Assembly (NCBI GenBank): GCA_037446635.1 | Contig: JBBIIG010000024.1 | Location: 1 to 58,596, forward strand | Origin: a bacterium | GTDB lineage: Bacteria > Zhuqueibacterota > Zhuqueibacteria > Oceanimicrobiales > Oceanimicrobiaceae | Direction: 5' to 3' | Length of the DNA stretch: 58,596 nucleotides | Shown here: one piece after another, positions 40,250 through 49,863 of the stretch | How positions within the stretch are numbered: position 1 is the first letter of the stretch | Layout of the letters: every line of letters begins with the position of its first letter | Notes under the pieces: model-generated | Database searches by the model: none | Seen by the model: the letters and a program-made list of their open reading frames with translations, nothing else | Told to the model about the DNA's origin: nothing | Position numbers and translations under genes: made by a program

Positions 40250-40509
40250 AAATCAATTTGCGTTGGCTGGTGCAGGCAGTGGCGTTCATTGGCTGCATTT
40301 ATTTTTTTATGCGAATCTGGAATGCCTCGAAAATAATGATTGCGGGTAGCTCCAGTAATTTGATTGAGCTGACGCTCTACACTCTACTTTTCTTGCTGTG
40401 CTTCTTCGTGATGGCCGTCACCAGTTATTTGAAACAGAAACAGAACGGCACGCTGAAGAATCCGATTCCGTTTTTTGAAAGACTGCTGTCAAAACTTGGG
40501 CTTGCATGA
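40246..40509 (+). CDS. Small two-TM membrane protein
   Basis: ATGA overlap with trxB; two hydrophobic helices. Confidence 0.65.
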   Translation: MKINLRWLVQAVAFIGCIYFFMRIWNASKIMIAGSSSNLIELTLYTLLFLLCFFVMAVTSYLKQKQNGTLKNPIPFFERLLSKLGLA

Positions 40510-40557
40510 TAAACGAAGTGCAAAGCTTAAGTTTTGCACTCCGCGAAAAAATTAAGT

Positions 40558-41394
40558 ATGAAATTTGGCGCGCACGTCTCTATTGCTGGTGGCGTTTTTA
40601 ACGCGCCTCAAAATGGCTTGGAGGCCGCCTGCGACGTGGTGCAGATTTTCACGCGCAACCAGCGCCAGTGGCGGGTACCGGAACTCACCACAGACGAGAT
40701 CGAAAGATTTAAAAGGGAAGAAAGCCGCACCGGCGTGAAAGTGGTTTCGGTGCACGCTTCGTATTTGATCAACCTGGGCGCCGCGGATAAGAAAATTCTG
40801 CGCGCCTCGCAGCAAAGCTTTGTGGTGGAAATGCAGCGCGCCGAAGCGCTGGGCATTCCGTTTCTCGTGGTGCATCCGGGTTCGCACGTGGGCCGCGGTG
40901 AGAAAGATGGCTTGCGGACGATCTCTGAAAGTCTAAATTTTGTTTTGCAGCGCTGCCCGAATTTCAAAGTTAAGATTTTATTGGAAACAACCGCGGGACA
41001 GGGCGACACGCTGGGCTACTCCTTCGAGCAGCTTGTGGAAATTAAATGGCGAGTGGAGGAGAAGGCGCGATTGGGAGTGTGTCTCGATACCTGCCATATT
41101 TTTGCGGCGGGATATGAGATTCGCACCGAAGAAGGTTACGAGAAAACGATTCGTAATTTGGACGAGACAATTGGAGTCGATCAAGTGGGCGTGATTCACG
41201 CCAACGACTCGATGCGCGAGTTGGGCAGCCGGGTGGATAGGCATACGCACATCGGCAAAGGCGAAATTGGATTGGCGGGCTTCAAATATTTTGTGAACGA
41301 CCCGCGATTTGCCCATGCGCCGATGATCATCGAAACGCCTGAACGCAAGCTGGACAAAAAGAATTTGCGGCAGTTGCGGAAGTTGGTGGCTTGA
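40558..41394 (+). CDS. nfo: Endonuclease IV
   Basis: GAHVSIAGG, HASYLINL, HPGSH, LLETTAG, DTCH, H.NDS, DRH. Confidence 0.95.
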   Translation: MKFGAHVSIAGGVFNAPQNGLEAACDVVQIFTRNQRQWRVPELTTDEIERFKREESRTGVKVVSVHASYLINLGAADKKILRASQQSFVVEMQRAEALGIPFLVVHPGSHVGRGEKDGLRTISESLNFVLQRCPNFKVKILLETTAGQGDTLGYSFEQLVEIKWRVEEKARLGVCLDTCHIFAAGYEIRTEEGYEKTIRNLDETIGVDQVGVIHANDSMRELGSRVDRHTHIGKGEIGLAGFKYFVNDPRFAHAPMIIETPERKLDKKNLRQLRKLVA

Positions 41395-41404
41395 CCGGGG
41401 GGAG

Positions 41405-41516
41405 GTGTCAATTACAAGTGAGGCGCTTTTTTCAATTACTACTGTTAGCGGGAAAACGATTGACTTCGCAGCCATCCAGAGTTTTGAAAGAGGGCCAAGT
41501 GATATGGAAAAAGTAG
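41405..41516 (+). pseudogene. Internally deleted remnant of the DUF2283 partner (putative toxin) gene
   Basis: RBS GGAGG; N-terminal MSITSEALFSITTVSGKTI, then +1-frame LTSQPSRVLKEGQVIWKK* overlapping the next ATG. Confidence 0.45.
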
Positions 41517-41728
41517 AATTCGACGAGTCTGTCATCCCTTATCTTTTAAAAATTTCGCAAAAGCCCTACTGGGTCGATTACGACGACGAGACGGACACGC
41601 TCTAAATTAGTTTTCGAAAACCTCAGAAAGCCAAAGACAGCATTATGGATGATGGCTTGATTTATCACTATGATAAAGATGAGCTGGTGGGAGTCACGAT
41701 ACTGACCGCGCGCTCGTATCAGATTTAA
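41504..41728 (+). pseudogene. DUF2283 family protein with premature TAA at 41603-41605
   Basis: VDYDDETDTL*ISFRKP...DDGLIYHYDKDELVGVTIL; the stop replaces the conserved Tyr of YD.E.D.LYI. Confidence 0.78.
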
Positions 41729-41772
41729 GCAATACGTCATGTATCACATTTAACTAAAAGGGAGGAGAAGTA

Positions 41773-42255
41773 ATGAGAACAGTCACTGGTTGTGCCGCAT
41801 TGATTTCGTTGCTGGGTCTGTTGGCTTGTTCTGCGCCGCAGCCGCAAATGGACATGGCGCAGGTGCGCAAAGCCATCGAAGAAATGGACGCCAAATTCTC
41901 GGGGGCGTTCAACGCCGGCGACGCAGCGACTCTTGCGGCGATGTACACCGAGGATGCCATCGTTATGCCGCCCAACCACGAGCGCGTACAGGGCACGAGC
42001 GCCATTCAGGAGGTGTTCAGCGGATTTATGAGCATGGGCGTTACCAATCTCACCCTAACGGCAGACGATGTAATGGCCGCCGGCGACCTGGTGCTCGAGA
42101 CGGGCAACTATAGCATTTCCTTGCCAGGAGGCGTACAGGATTCGGGTAAGTTTCTGGTTGTTTGGAAAAAAGCCGCAGATGGTTCTTGGAAGCTGTACCG
42201 CGATATCTGGAACTCGAGCCTGCCGCTGCCGGGCATGCCGATGTCGGAAAATTAG
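41773..42255 (+). CDS. DUF4440/SnoaL-like (NTF2-fold) lipoprotein
   Basis: Lipobox LLAC; YTEDAIVMPP, GKFLVVWKK..DGSWK..RDIWN. Confidence 0.82.
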   Translation: MRTVTGCAALISLLGLLACSAPQPQMDMAQVRKAIEEMDAKFSGAFNAGDAATLAAMYTEDAIVMPPNHERVQGTSAIQEVFSGFMSMGVTNLTLTADDVMAAGDLVLETGNYSISLPGGVQDSGKFLVVWKKAADGSWKLYRDIWNSSLPLPGMPMSEN

Positions 42256-42396
42256 CTGTCGGACGTGCGAAGCGGTTGAGAAGTTCTGTGTAAAGTTTTA
42301 GCCTCTACGATGGTGTAAATGGGGTTGTTGAGGCTTTCCACGAAGGTATTACCGGTGTGAGTTATACAGGTCAATTATTGGAAGGAGGATTTTAAA

Positions 42397-45012
42397 ATGA
42401 AAAAAATTGTACTTTCAGCACTGTGCTTGCTTTATCCGGTTTGGGTGGCGGCGCAGCACACGGTCACCGGCACCGTCAAAGATGCGGCGGGGGAGCCGCT
42501 TGCGGGCGTGAACATTTTTGAAAAGGGAACTTACAATGGCGCATCCACGGCAACGGATGGCAGCTATAAATTAAAAGTCAGTTCCCCCAACAGCACCATC
42601 ACGTTCAGTTTCATTGGTTATGCTCAACAAGAAGTGAAACTGAATGGGCAGACGGAGTTGAACATTACACTCGAAGAGGGTGTCATCCAATTTGGCGATA
42701 TTCAAGTAGTAGGCACGCGCAGCTCTAACCGCACGGTGATTGAAAGCCCAGTGGCCATTGACGTCATCGATATCCGGGAAGTAACCAGCCGCTCCGGGCA
42801 ACTCGACATCAACCAACTGCTGCAATACGCGGCGCCGGCGTTCAATTCCAATCGCCAGTCTGGCGCCGATGGCGCAGACCACATCGACCCGGCGACGCTG
42901 CGCGGCCTCGGTCCGGATCAAACGCTGGTGTTGATCAACGGCAAGCGCCGCCATCAATCGTCGCTCATCAATATTTTTGGATCGCGTGGCCGCGGCAACA
43001 CCGGCACCGATCTCAATACCATCCCGGCTGCGGCGATTGAACGCATCGAAATTTTGCGCGACGGCGCCAGTGCGCAATATGGTTCGGACGCCATCGCCGG
43101 TGTCATCAACATCGTTCTAAAAAATACGGTCGAAGAATTTACCGGCAGTTTTACCACCGGCACGCATAAAGCCGATCCCGGCTCCGATTTTCAAGTGCTG
43201 GCGCCTGAAGATTACGATGGCTCCACCTACAATGTGAGCGGGAATTACGGCGTGCGAATCAGCGGCGGCTTTGCCAATTTTACCATCGATTATCTTTCAA
43301 AAAATAATACCAATCGTCCGGCCGATCCTGACGTGTTCTCTATTTATCGCCAGCAGTTCGGCGATGCGGCACTGGATAATTTTTCCGGCTTCGTCAATAG
43401 CGCCGTGCCAATCACCGATAACACCAGCTTCTACGCCTTCGGCGGTTTCAATCATCGCTACACCGATGCCTTTGCGTGGACGCGCGATCCAGACAGCGAG
43501 CGCAACGTAACCGCGATTTATCCCGATGGCTTCAACCCCAGCATCACTTCCAATATTACGGATAAGTCGATCTCCGCGGGCGTCCGCACTAGGTACAAAG
43601 GCTGGGATTTTGATTTCAACAACACGTTTGGCTCGAATCGTTTTCACTACATCATCGATGGGACCTTGAACGCCACGCTGGAGGAACGCTCGCCGACGCG
43701 CTTCGATGCCGGCGGCTTTCAATTAAGTCAAAACACCACCGGGTTGAGCATGAGCCGTTTCTTCCCTAATACTTTGAAAGGAATCAACGTCGCGCTTGGC
43801 ATGGAGTATCGCATCGATAATTACGAAATTTTTGCCGGCGAAGTCGGTTCCTACGCATCGTTTGATGTGAATGGCAACGTCGTCGATCACACCACGCCGG
43901 ATTCACTCAAGGTCATTGCCCCTAATGGCGAATTGCGGCCGGGCGGCTCGCAGGGCTTTCCAGGATTCCAGCCCTCCAATGAGTTGGATGAATTCCGCAC
44001 CAACCTCGGCGCATACATCGACGCCGAATTTGATGTGACTGACCAATTCATGGTGGGCGCAGCGGTGCGTTTTGAGGACTACAGCGACTTCGGCAGCACC
44101 ATCAACGGCAAAATTTCTTCACGTTTAAAACTGACGAACCAACTGGCCCTTCGGGGATCGGTGAGCAGCGGTTTCCGCGCGCCGTCGTTGGCGCAGATTT
44201 ATTTCAATTCCACCTTTACTGATTTTGTGGCTGGCGTGCCGGTGGATAAGCTCATCGCCAAAAACGACAGCCCGATCACGCGCGCCCTAGGCATCCCGAA
44301 ATTGAAAGAGGAAACCGCGGTAAACGTCAGCGCAGGTTTCACCGCCAACTTTGGCGAGTTTGCTGCAACCGTTGATGGCTATTACGTGAACATCAAAGAT
44401 CGCATCGTGTTGACCGGCGCCTTCGAAGATAGCGATCCGGACATCGGCGATGAGCTGCGGGCGCTGAATGTGGGCGCGGCGCAGTTCTTCACCAACGCCA
44501 TTGACACTGAAACCAAAGGCCTCGACGTGGTGTTGAGTTGGGCCAAGCTTATTGGTTCCAGCCGCGTGCGTGCCGCGATTGCCGCCAACTTCAACGACAT
44601 GGATTTGGGCGACATCACTACCACGGAGAAACTGCGCGGCAAAGAGGATATTTATTTCGGCACGCGCGAGCAGAAGTTTCTGTTAGCTTCGGCGCCGGAC
44701 AGCAAAATCAACCTGACGCTCGATTACAAGTTCCGCAGCTTCAACGCTAGTCTGCGATTCGTCCGTTTCGGAGAAGTGGTGCTGGAGGATTGGCTGGGAA
44801 CCGACGATGTGTACGAATCGAAAGTCGTCAGCGATTTGACGCTCGGCTATGATGTTACGCCCAATATCTCATTGAATTTCGGCGCCGCCAATCTCTTCAA
44901 CGTGTATCCGACGCAGCAGGATACCGAAACCGAGACCGGCGGCGTTTGGGATGCCGTGCAAATGGGTTTCAGCGGCGCGTTTTACTTCACGAAAGTTGGT
45001 TTTAAGTTTTAA
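42397..45012 (+). CDS. TonB-dependent receptor with N-terminal carboxypeptidase-regulatory-like domain
   Basis: Plug LRGLGPDQTLVLINGKRR, IERIEILRDGASAQYGSDAIAGVINI; C-terminal F. Confidence 0.93.
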   Translation: MKKIVLSALCLLYPVWVAAQHTVTGTVKDAAGEPLAGVNIFEKGTYNGASTATDGSYKLKVSSPNSTITFSFIGYAQQEVKLNGQTELNITLEEGVIQFGDIQVVGTRSSNRTVIESPVAIDVIDIREVTSRSGQLDINQLLQYAAPAFNSNRQSGADGADHIDPATLRGLGPDQTLVLINGKRRHQSSLINIFGSRGRGNTGTDLNTIPAAAIERIEILRDGASAQYGSDAIAGVINIVLKNTVEEFTGSFTTGTHKADPGSDFQVLAPEDYDGSTYNVSGNYGVRISGGFANFTIDYLSKNNTNRPADPDVFSIYRQQFGDAALDNFSGFVNSAVPITDNTSFYAFGGFNHRYTDAFAWTRDPDSERNVTAIYPDGFNPSITSNITDKSISAGVRTRYKGWDFDFNNTFGSNRFHYIIDGTLNATLEERSPTRFDAGGFQLSQNTTGLSMSRFFPNTLKGINVALGMEYRIDNYEIFAGEVGSYASFDVNGNVVDHTTPDSLKVIAPNGELRPGGSQGFPGFQPSNELDEFRTNLGAYIDAEFDVTDQFMVGAAVRFEDYSDFGSTINGKISSRLKLTNQLALRGSVSSGFRAPSLAQIYFNSTFTDFVAGVPVDKLIAKNDSPITRALGIPKLKEETAVNVSAGFTANFGEFAATVDGYYVNIKDRIVLTGAFEDSDPDIGDELRALNVGAAQFFTNAIDTETKGLDVVLSWAKLIGSSRVRAAIAANFNDMDLGDITTTEKLRGKEDIYFGTREQKFLLASAPDSKINLTLDYKFRSFNASLRFVRFGEVVLEDWLGTDDVYESKVVSDLTLGYDVTPNISLNFGAANLFNVYPTQQDTETETGGVWDAVQMGFSGAFYFTKVGFKF

Positions 45013-45056
45013 AGTTTGGAGGACGAAGATTTCGCAGATGAATGCAAGATAAGCCG

Positions 45057-45209
45057 CTCGCTGGGGATTGGCAAATCCCCAGCGAGATAAATGAAGCGCG
45101 AATTGCATTCCCGCGCGCCGGGCGTTCAAAAATCTCTTCCCCCAAATTTCGCTTCTTATCCGCTTAGCGGATCCACGCAGCGGAGAATTTGGAGGAGGTC
45201 AGGAGGGGC
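45057..45209. repeat. Cluster of REP-like intergenic palindromes
   Basis: CTCGCTGGGGATT-GGCA-AATCCCCAGCGAG (45057-45086) and CCCCAAATT...AATTTGGAGG arms. Confidence 0.5.
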
Positions 45210-45258
45210 TCACGGGATTACCCTAAGTTGGGAATTTGAGTTGTTAACTTGAGGTTTT

Positions 45259-47973
45259 ATGCCGCACATTTATCACGACATTCTCAGTTCCGTTCAAAAG
45301 CCGGTTCGTTACCTGGGCAATGAATGGAATGTCATTCGCAAGCCGGGGGCGCGCAGACGGGTGGCGCTGTGCTTCCCCGATACCTACGAGATCGGCATGT
45401 CGCATCTCGGGCTGCGCATTCTCTACTCGATTTTGAATAAGCGCGACGACACCGCCGCCGAGCGCGTTTACACGCCGTGGATCGACATGGAAGCGAAACT
45501 GCGGGAAACCGGCCTGCCGCTGGTGTCGATGGAAACGCAGATTCCGCTTAACGAATTCGATGTCGTCGGTTTTTCGCTGCAGTACGAATTAGAATACACC
45601 AACATTTTGACGATGCTCGATCTCGGACGCATTCCGCTGTGGTCGAAAGATCGGAGTGACCGCGATCCGCTGGTGATCGCCGGCGGACCGTGCGCCTTCG
45701 CGCCGGAGCCGCTGGCCGATTTCATCGACTGCTTTCTGATTGGCGATGGGGAAGAGGCGTTTCCGAATGTGATTGACCGTTTCATCGAGCTGCGCGACGC
45801 CGGCTTGCCTCGCCGCGAGATTTTGATTCACCTCGCGCAGATGGAAGGCGTTTACGTTCCTTCTTTGTATGAAACGAAAATCGATCCCGAAACCGGATTT
45901 GAAAATGTCGTAGGCAGCAACGTCGCGCCGTTTCCGGTGAAGCGCACCTACATCAAGGACATCAACGAGTATCCATTTCCCGATGACATCCTCGTGCCCC
46001 ACGGCGACATCGTGCACGATCGCGTCTCCATCGAAATTGCCCGCGGTTGTACCGAGGGCTGCCGATTCTGTCAGGCCGGCACGATTTATCGTCCGGTGCG
46101 CGAGCGCAAGCCGGAGGACATCATCAACACGATCATGAAAAGTTTGGAGAAGACCGGCTTCGATCAGGCGTCGCTGACTTCGCTCTCCACCGCCGATTTC
46201 AGCTGCATCGGGCCACTGGCGCAAAAGTTGGGCGAGGAGTTGGAGAAGCGCCACACCGCGATGGCGGTGTCGTCGATGCGAGTTTATGGCATGACCGACA
46301 CCCTCGGCGAGAGTCTCTCGAAAGTGCGGCGTTCGGGGTTCACCATCGCGCCGGAGGCTGGCAGCCAGCGCATGCGCGACGTCATTAACAAAGGCATCAC
46401 CGAGGAAGTGATCCTCAACGGCGCCAACACCGCATTCCGCAACGGCTGGAGTCACGTTAAACTCTATTTTATGATCGGACTTCCCACCGAAACCGAGGAA
46501 GATTTGAAAGCCATTGTCGATCTCGGTTTGAAGATTTTGAAGCTGGCGGAAAACGAGCACGGCAAAAATGCGCAGGTGACGATCAGCGTGTCGTCGCACA
46601 TTCCCAAGCCGCACGCACCGTTTCAGTGGCTGGGACTCGAAGACCGCGAGTCGTTGAGTCAGAAGCAAAAATACCTTCTGAACTTGATTCGTCCGCACAA
46701 GCGGTTGCGATTCAAATGGCACGAAGTCGATCACACCTGGCTCGAGGCGATTTTCTCGCGCGGCGATCGGCGTTTGTGCAAAGCGCTGGAATTGGCGTAT
46801 CGCCGCGGCGCCCGTTTCGACGCGTGGACGGATCAATTGAAGCTCGATCTCTGGCGACAAGTATTCGCAGAGTTGAACCTTGACACCGAAATCTGGCTGA
46901 AGGACATTCCGCTCTATTCGCCGCTGCCGTGGGATCACATCGATTCCTTGGTGAAAAAGGATTTTCTCGTCCGCGAACTCCAGCGCGCGCTGAAGGGGCG
47001 CTTTTCCCCCGCGTGCGAAAAGCCGTACAAAAAGAAAAGCGAAAGCAATCGCACCGATTTGGGGCGTCCCGAAGAAGACGATAAGCTCGTGTGCTACCAC
47101 TGCGGATTGGAATGCGACCTCGACGCCATCCGCGCCGAGCGCATCGCAAGCTGGCGCAGTTTGGAACGCGGCATTCCCGTGGAAATCAAAACTTTCGATG
47201 AGCTTTTCGCCAACGCCGAAAAAATGGTGACCCGCTATCGCGCCGGCTATTGTAAGCTGGGCGAGTTTCGTTACCTTTCCGCGCTGGATTTGATCCGCAC
47301 GTTCACGCGCGCCTTTGCCCGCGCCAACGTGCCGCTGAAATACAGCGAAGGCTTCAATCCCGCGCCGAACATTTCGTTTGGTCCCGCGCTGAACGTGGGC
47401 ATGGAAAGCGCCGAGGAATTTCTCGATTTCGAAACCGTGGTGGAAATTCCCGCCGAAAAACTGCTGGCCACGTTGAACAAGCAAATGCCGGAGGATTTGA
47501 AATTCACATCGCTGGCGAAAATCGACCGCAAAGCGCCGTCGCTGTTTCAGATCATCAACGCAGCCGAATACTCTGCGTCGTTGGATTCGGACGAATTGAA
47601 TCAAACTTTGAAAGCGCGCTTCAACGGCAAATACAATGGCAACCTCACCGCGCTGCACGAGGACTTGGTGCAGAAATTCTTGCAGCAAGATGCCATCGAA
47701 GTGAAGCAGATGCGCAAAGGCGAATTGCAAACGCGCGACATTAAGCCGCTCATCAAATCCATTGAAGTGGTGAACTCCATTGAGCCTTTGCATCTGCGGA
47801 TGATTCTGAGCACCGGCAGCGGCGGGGGGATTCGTCCGGAGTTGATTTTGGAAAAACTGTACGGCGTGCCGTCAGAGAACTTCAAGATTCGGCGCGAGCG
47901 GCTGTTGGTGGAGAAGGAGGGCGGGTTTGTGTCGCCGGTTTTCGATTCGGTGATGAAGGGAGAGACTATTTGA
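45259..47973 (+). CDS. TIGR03960-type B12-binding radical SAM protein fused to a TIGR03936/DUF2344 domain
   Basis: FPDTYEIGMSHLG, RGCTEGCRFCQAG (CxxxCxxC), APEAG; C-terminal YSEGFNPAPNISFGPAL. Confidence 0.88.
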   Translation: MPHIYHDILSSVQKPVRYLGNEWNVIRKPGARRRVALCFPDTYEIGMSHLGLRILYSILNKRDDTAAERVYTPWIDMEAKLRETGLPLVSMETQIPLNEFDVVGFSLQYELEYTNILTMLDLGRIPLWSKDRSDRDPLVIAGGPCAFAPEPLADFIDCFLIGDGEEAFPNVIDRFIELRDAGLPRREILIHLAQMEGVYVPSLYETKIDPETGFENVVGSNVAPFPVKRTYIKDINEYPFPDDILVPHGDIVHDRVSIEIARGCTEGCRFCQAGTIYRPVRERKPEDIINTIMKSLEKTGFDQASLTSLSTADFSCIGPLAQKLGEELEKRHTAMAVSSMRVYGMTDTLGESLSKVRRSGFTIAPEAGSQRMRDVINKGITEEVILNGANTAFRNGWSHVKLYFMIGLPTETEEDLKAIVDLGLKILKLAENEHGKNAQVTISVSSHIPKPHAPFQWLGLEDRESLSQKQKYLLNLIRPHKRLRFKWHEVDHTWLEAIFSRGDRRLCKALELAYRRGARFDAWTDQLKLDLWRQVFAELNLDTEIWLKDIPLYSPLPWDHIDSLVKKDFLVRELQRALKGRFSPACEKPYKKKSESNRTDLGRPEEDDKLVCYHCGLECDLDAIRAERIASWRSLERGIPVEIKTFDELFANAEKMVTRYRAGYCKLGEFRYLSALDLIRTFTRAFARANVPLKYSEGFNPAPNISFGPALNVGMESAEEFLDFETVVEIPAEKLLATLNKQMPEDLKFTSLAKIDRKAPSLFQIINAAEYSASLDSDELNQTLKARFNGKYNGNLTALHEDLVQKFLQQDAIEVKQMRKGELQTRDIKPLIKSIEVVNSIEPLHLRMILSTGSGGGIRPELILEKLYGVPSENFKIRRERLLVEKEGGFVSPVFDSVMKGETI

Positions 47974-48377
47974 AATCAGGTTATCCCTTGCATCATTGGG
48001 CGGTAGTCGTCGCAGATCTCGAAGCCGCCATCAATTGGTATCGCGACAAACTTGATTTTCGCATTGAGAAAAGATTCACGTTGTCCGATGCCAAAATAGA
48101 AATCGTCAAGCTCATTTCGGATGCCGGCGTGCGCCTCGAATTGCTGACGCGGACGAAGGGTGTCAGCGCGATTCGTGATCAAGATCTGATGTCGCCGGGC
48201 TCGAAGCACATTTGTTTCGCCACCGACGACGTGGAGAAAACCGCCGCCGAACTGCGGCGCCGCGGCGTGAAAATCACGCAAGAGCCAAAAGTGATTCGGG
48301 AGTCGAATGAAAAGAACCTGTGGATTGCGGACAACGAGGGCAACCTGATTGAGTTTATCGAGGAATTGCCGGGGTAA
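47970..48377 (+). CDS. VOC/glyoxalase family protein
   Basis: LHH..V.V.DLEAAI.WY, LELL, HICF..DDV, D.EGNLIE. Confidence 0.85.
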   Translation: MKSGYPLHHWAVVVADLEAAINWYRDKLDFRIEKRFTLSDAKIEIVKLISDAGVRLELLTRTKGVSAIRDQDLMSPGSKHICFATDDVEKTAAELRRRGVKITQEPKVIRESNEKNLWIADNEGNLIEFIEELPG

Positions 48378-48415
48378 ATTTTAGTTGTCGTTCGGAAGCG
48401 TACTTTTCCGGAGAG

Positions 48416-48505
48416 AAAAACGATGAAGAACTCATTCAAAAAGCGCTGGAGCTAAAGCCGCAAGGAGGAGTGCCGGCAGAAGACGTTCTCGGTGAGAATT
48501 TATAA
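48416..48505 (+). pseudogene. Remnant of an addiction-module component (TIGR02574-like), centre deleted
   Basis: KNDEELIQKALELKPQ joined directly to GGVPAEDVLGENL*; no start codon. Confidence 0.45.
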
Positions 48506-48579
48506 AAAGCGCTAATTGATTATCGTCGATGGCTTTGATATATTTGATAGAAGTCTAAAATTTATCGAAGAGGTTTAAA

Positions 48580-48786
48580 ATGAGTCAAATTATTATAGAC
48601 ACACGAGTGATAAACGGGAATTTGGAATTACAAAATATTCCCCTCGAGGATGACACCGAAGTAAAAGTTATTTTGATTCCAAAAGCCAACTTGTCAAAGA
48701 TGTCTTTTCAAAAAGCGCAGCGACTTACAAAATCCATTAAGGGGAATCTTTCTGATGATATCGTTTCAGAAAGAAGCGAGCGATGA
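48580..48786 (+). CDS. Putative antitoxin of the downstream VapC
   Basis: 68 aa; ATGA-coupled to the PIN gene; ends LSDDIVSER. Confidence 0.72.
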   Translation: MSQIIIDTRVINGNLELQNIPLEDDTEVKVILIPKANLSKMSFQKAQRLTKSIKGNLSDDIVSERSER

Positions 48787-49247
48787 ATGTATTTTTAGAT
48801 ACGAGTGTACTTGTAAAGTTATATCATCATGAAGATGGCACCGACGATTTATGGAATTTCTTGGTAGGCCAATCTGCAGATTTATTCTTGGCTATCTCCG
48901 ATTTAACGCCAATAGAATTTCACTCTGCGTTCCTGAAACGAGTGAGAATCGAAGAAGTCGAATTCGAGAAGGTAACACAAGTGTTTGCAGATTTTGAGAA
49001 GGATAAGAAATTGATGAATGTCATTGAGATCGACAAGTCGATTAAAGACCACGCCATCGATCTATTGGATGAATATGCTGGAACCAGAAATTTAAGAACT
49101 TTAGATTCGCTTCAACTATCCTGTGCGATTATTTCGAATGAGAGTTTCACCATTGACTATTTTGTTTCCGCAGACCAAAGGCTTTTGGACGTGGCACAAC
49201 TCTACTTCCCAATTTTCAATCCTGTCGAAAAGAACAGCTCGAAATAG
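48783..49247 (+). CDS. VapC / PIN domain toxin
   Basis: FLDTSVLVKLY..E.G, LRTLDSLQL, FVSADQRL. Confidence 0.9.
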   Translation: MNVFLDTSVLVKLYHHEDGTDDLWNFLVGQSADLFLAISDLTPIEFHSAFLKRVRIEEVEFEKVTQVFADFEKDKKLMNVIEIDKSIKDHAIDLLDEYAGTRNLRTLDSLQLSCAIISNESFTIDYFVSADQRLLDVAQLYFPIFNPVEKNSSK

Positions 49248-49279
49248 TAACAGTATTACCCTTCCTTATCTGGATACAA

Positions 49280-49855
49280 ATGGTATTAATGGTAGATGCG
49301 TTGAAGAAATTCTCAATTAGGCAAAACCATCTTTTTGTTTACGGAACCCTTCGCCGCGATTTCGATGGCCAGCGTCATCCGTTTCTTTCAAAGGGGTGCG
49401 ATGATCTCGGCAAAGCTTACTTCAGCGGCAAGCTGTACGATCTCGGTTCGTTCCCCGGCGTGGTGCCATCGAATAATCCGAACGACCGGGTGAAGGGCGA
49501 GGTTTATCGGCTCCACCAGCCGGAAGGGATTCTCGCAAGGCTGGACGAGTACGAAGGCGCAGTCGGCGCGGACCCGCTTTATCGAAGGGAGTTGGTGGAC
49601 GTCATCTTGGAAAATGGGAAAGCCATCAAGGCTTGGATTTATATTTTTAATCGAGACGTGCGTGATTTTCAACGTATCGAGTCGGGTGATTATGTGGAGT
49701 ATTTAAGGCATAAACGACTCGCTTTATATGAATCTCTCGTTCCAAGCATCAGCAGAAAAGAGTTGAATGAAATAGAAAAGAAATTTGGCATGCCTGATCA
49801 GCACAATGAAAATGATTTCGAAGATATGACCGATTGGGTGAAAAATGCAGGTTAG
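49280..49855 (+). CDS. Gamma-glutamylcyclotransferase family protein with atypical C-terminal extension
   Basis: LFVYGTLR, LDEYEG, AWIY, IESGDY. Confidence 0.82.
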   Translation: MVLMVDALKKFSIRQNHLFVYGTLRRDFDGQRHPFLSKGCDDLGKAYFSGKLYDLGSFPGVVPSNNPNDRVKGEVYRLHQPEGILARLDEYEGAVGADPLYRRELVDVILENGKAIKAWIYIFNRDVRDFQRIESGDYVEYLRHKRLALYESLVPSISRKELNEIEKKFGMPDQHNENDFEDMTDWVKNAG

Positions 49856-49863
49856 TACAAATC

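Noticed and set aside
11618..41605. Stop-codon reassignment (TAG at Trp, TAA at Tyr positions)
   Set aside because: Housekeeping genes end normally in TAG, TAA and TGA; these are isolated nonsense changes
42256..42396. Riboswitch upstream of the TonB receptor
   Set aside because: Only a weak AGCCTC/GAGGCT hairpin; no TPP or B12 consensus recognised
45589..47793. 734-aa minus-strand ORF
   Set aside because: Antisense shadow of the radical SAM gene
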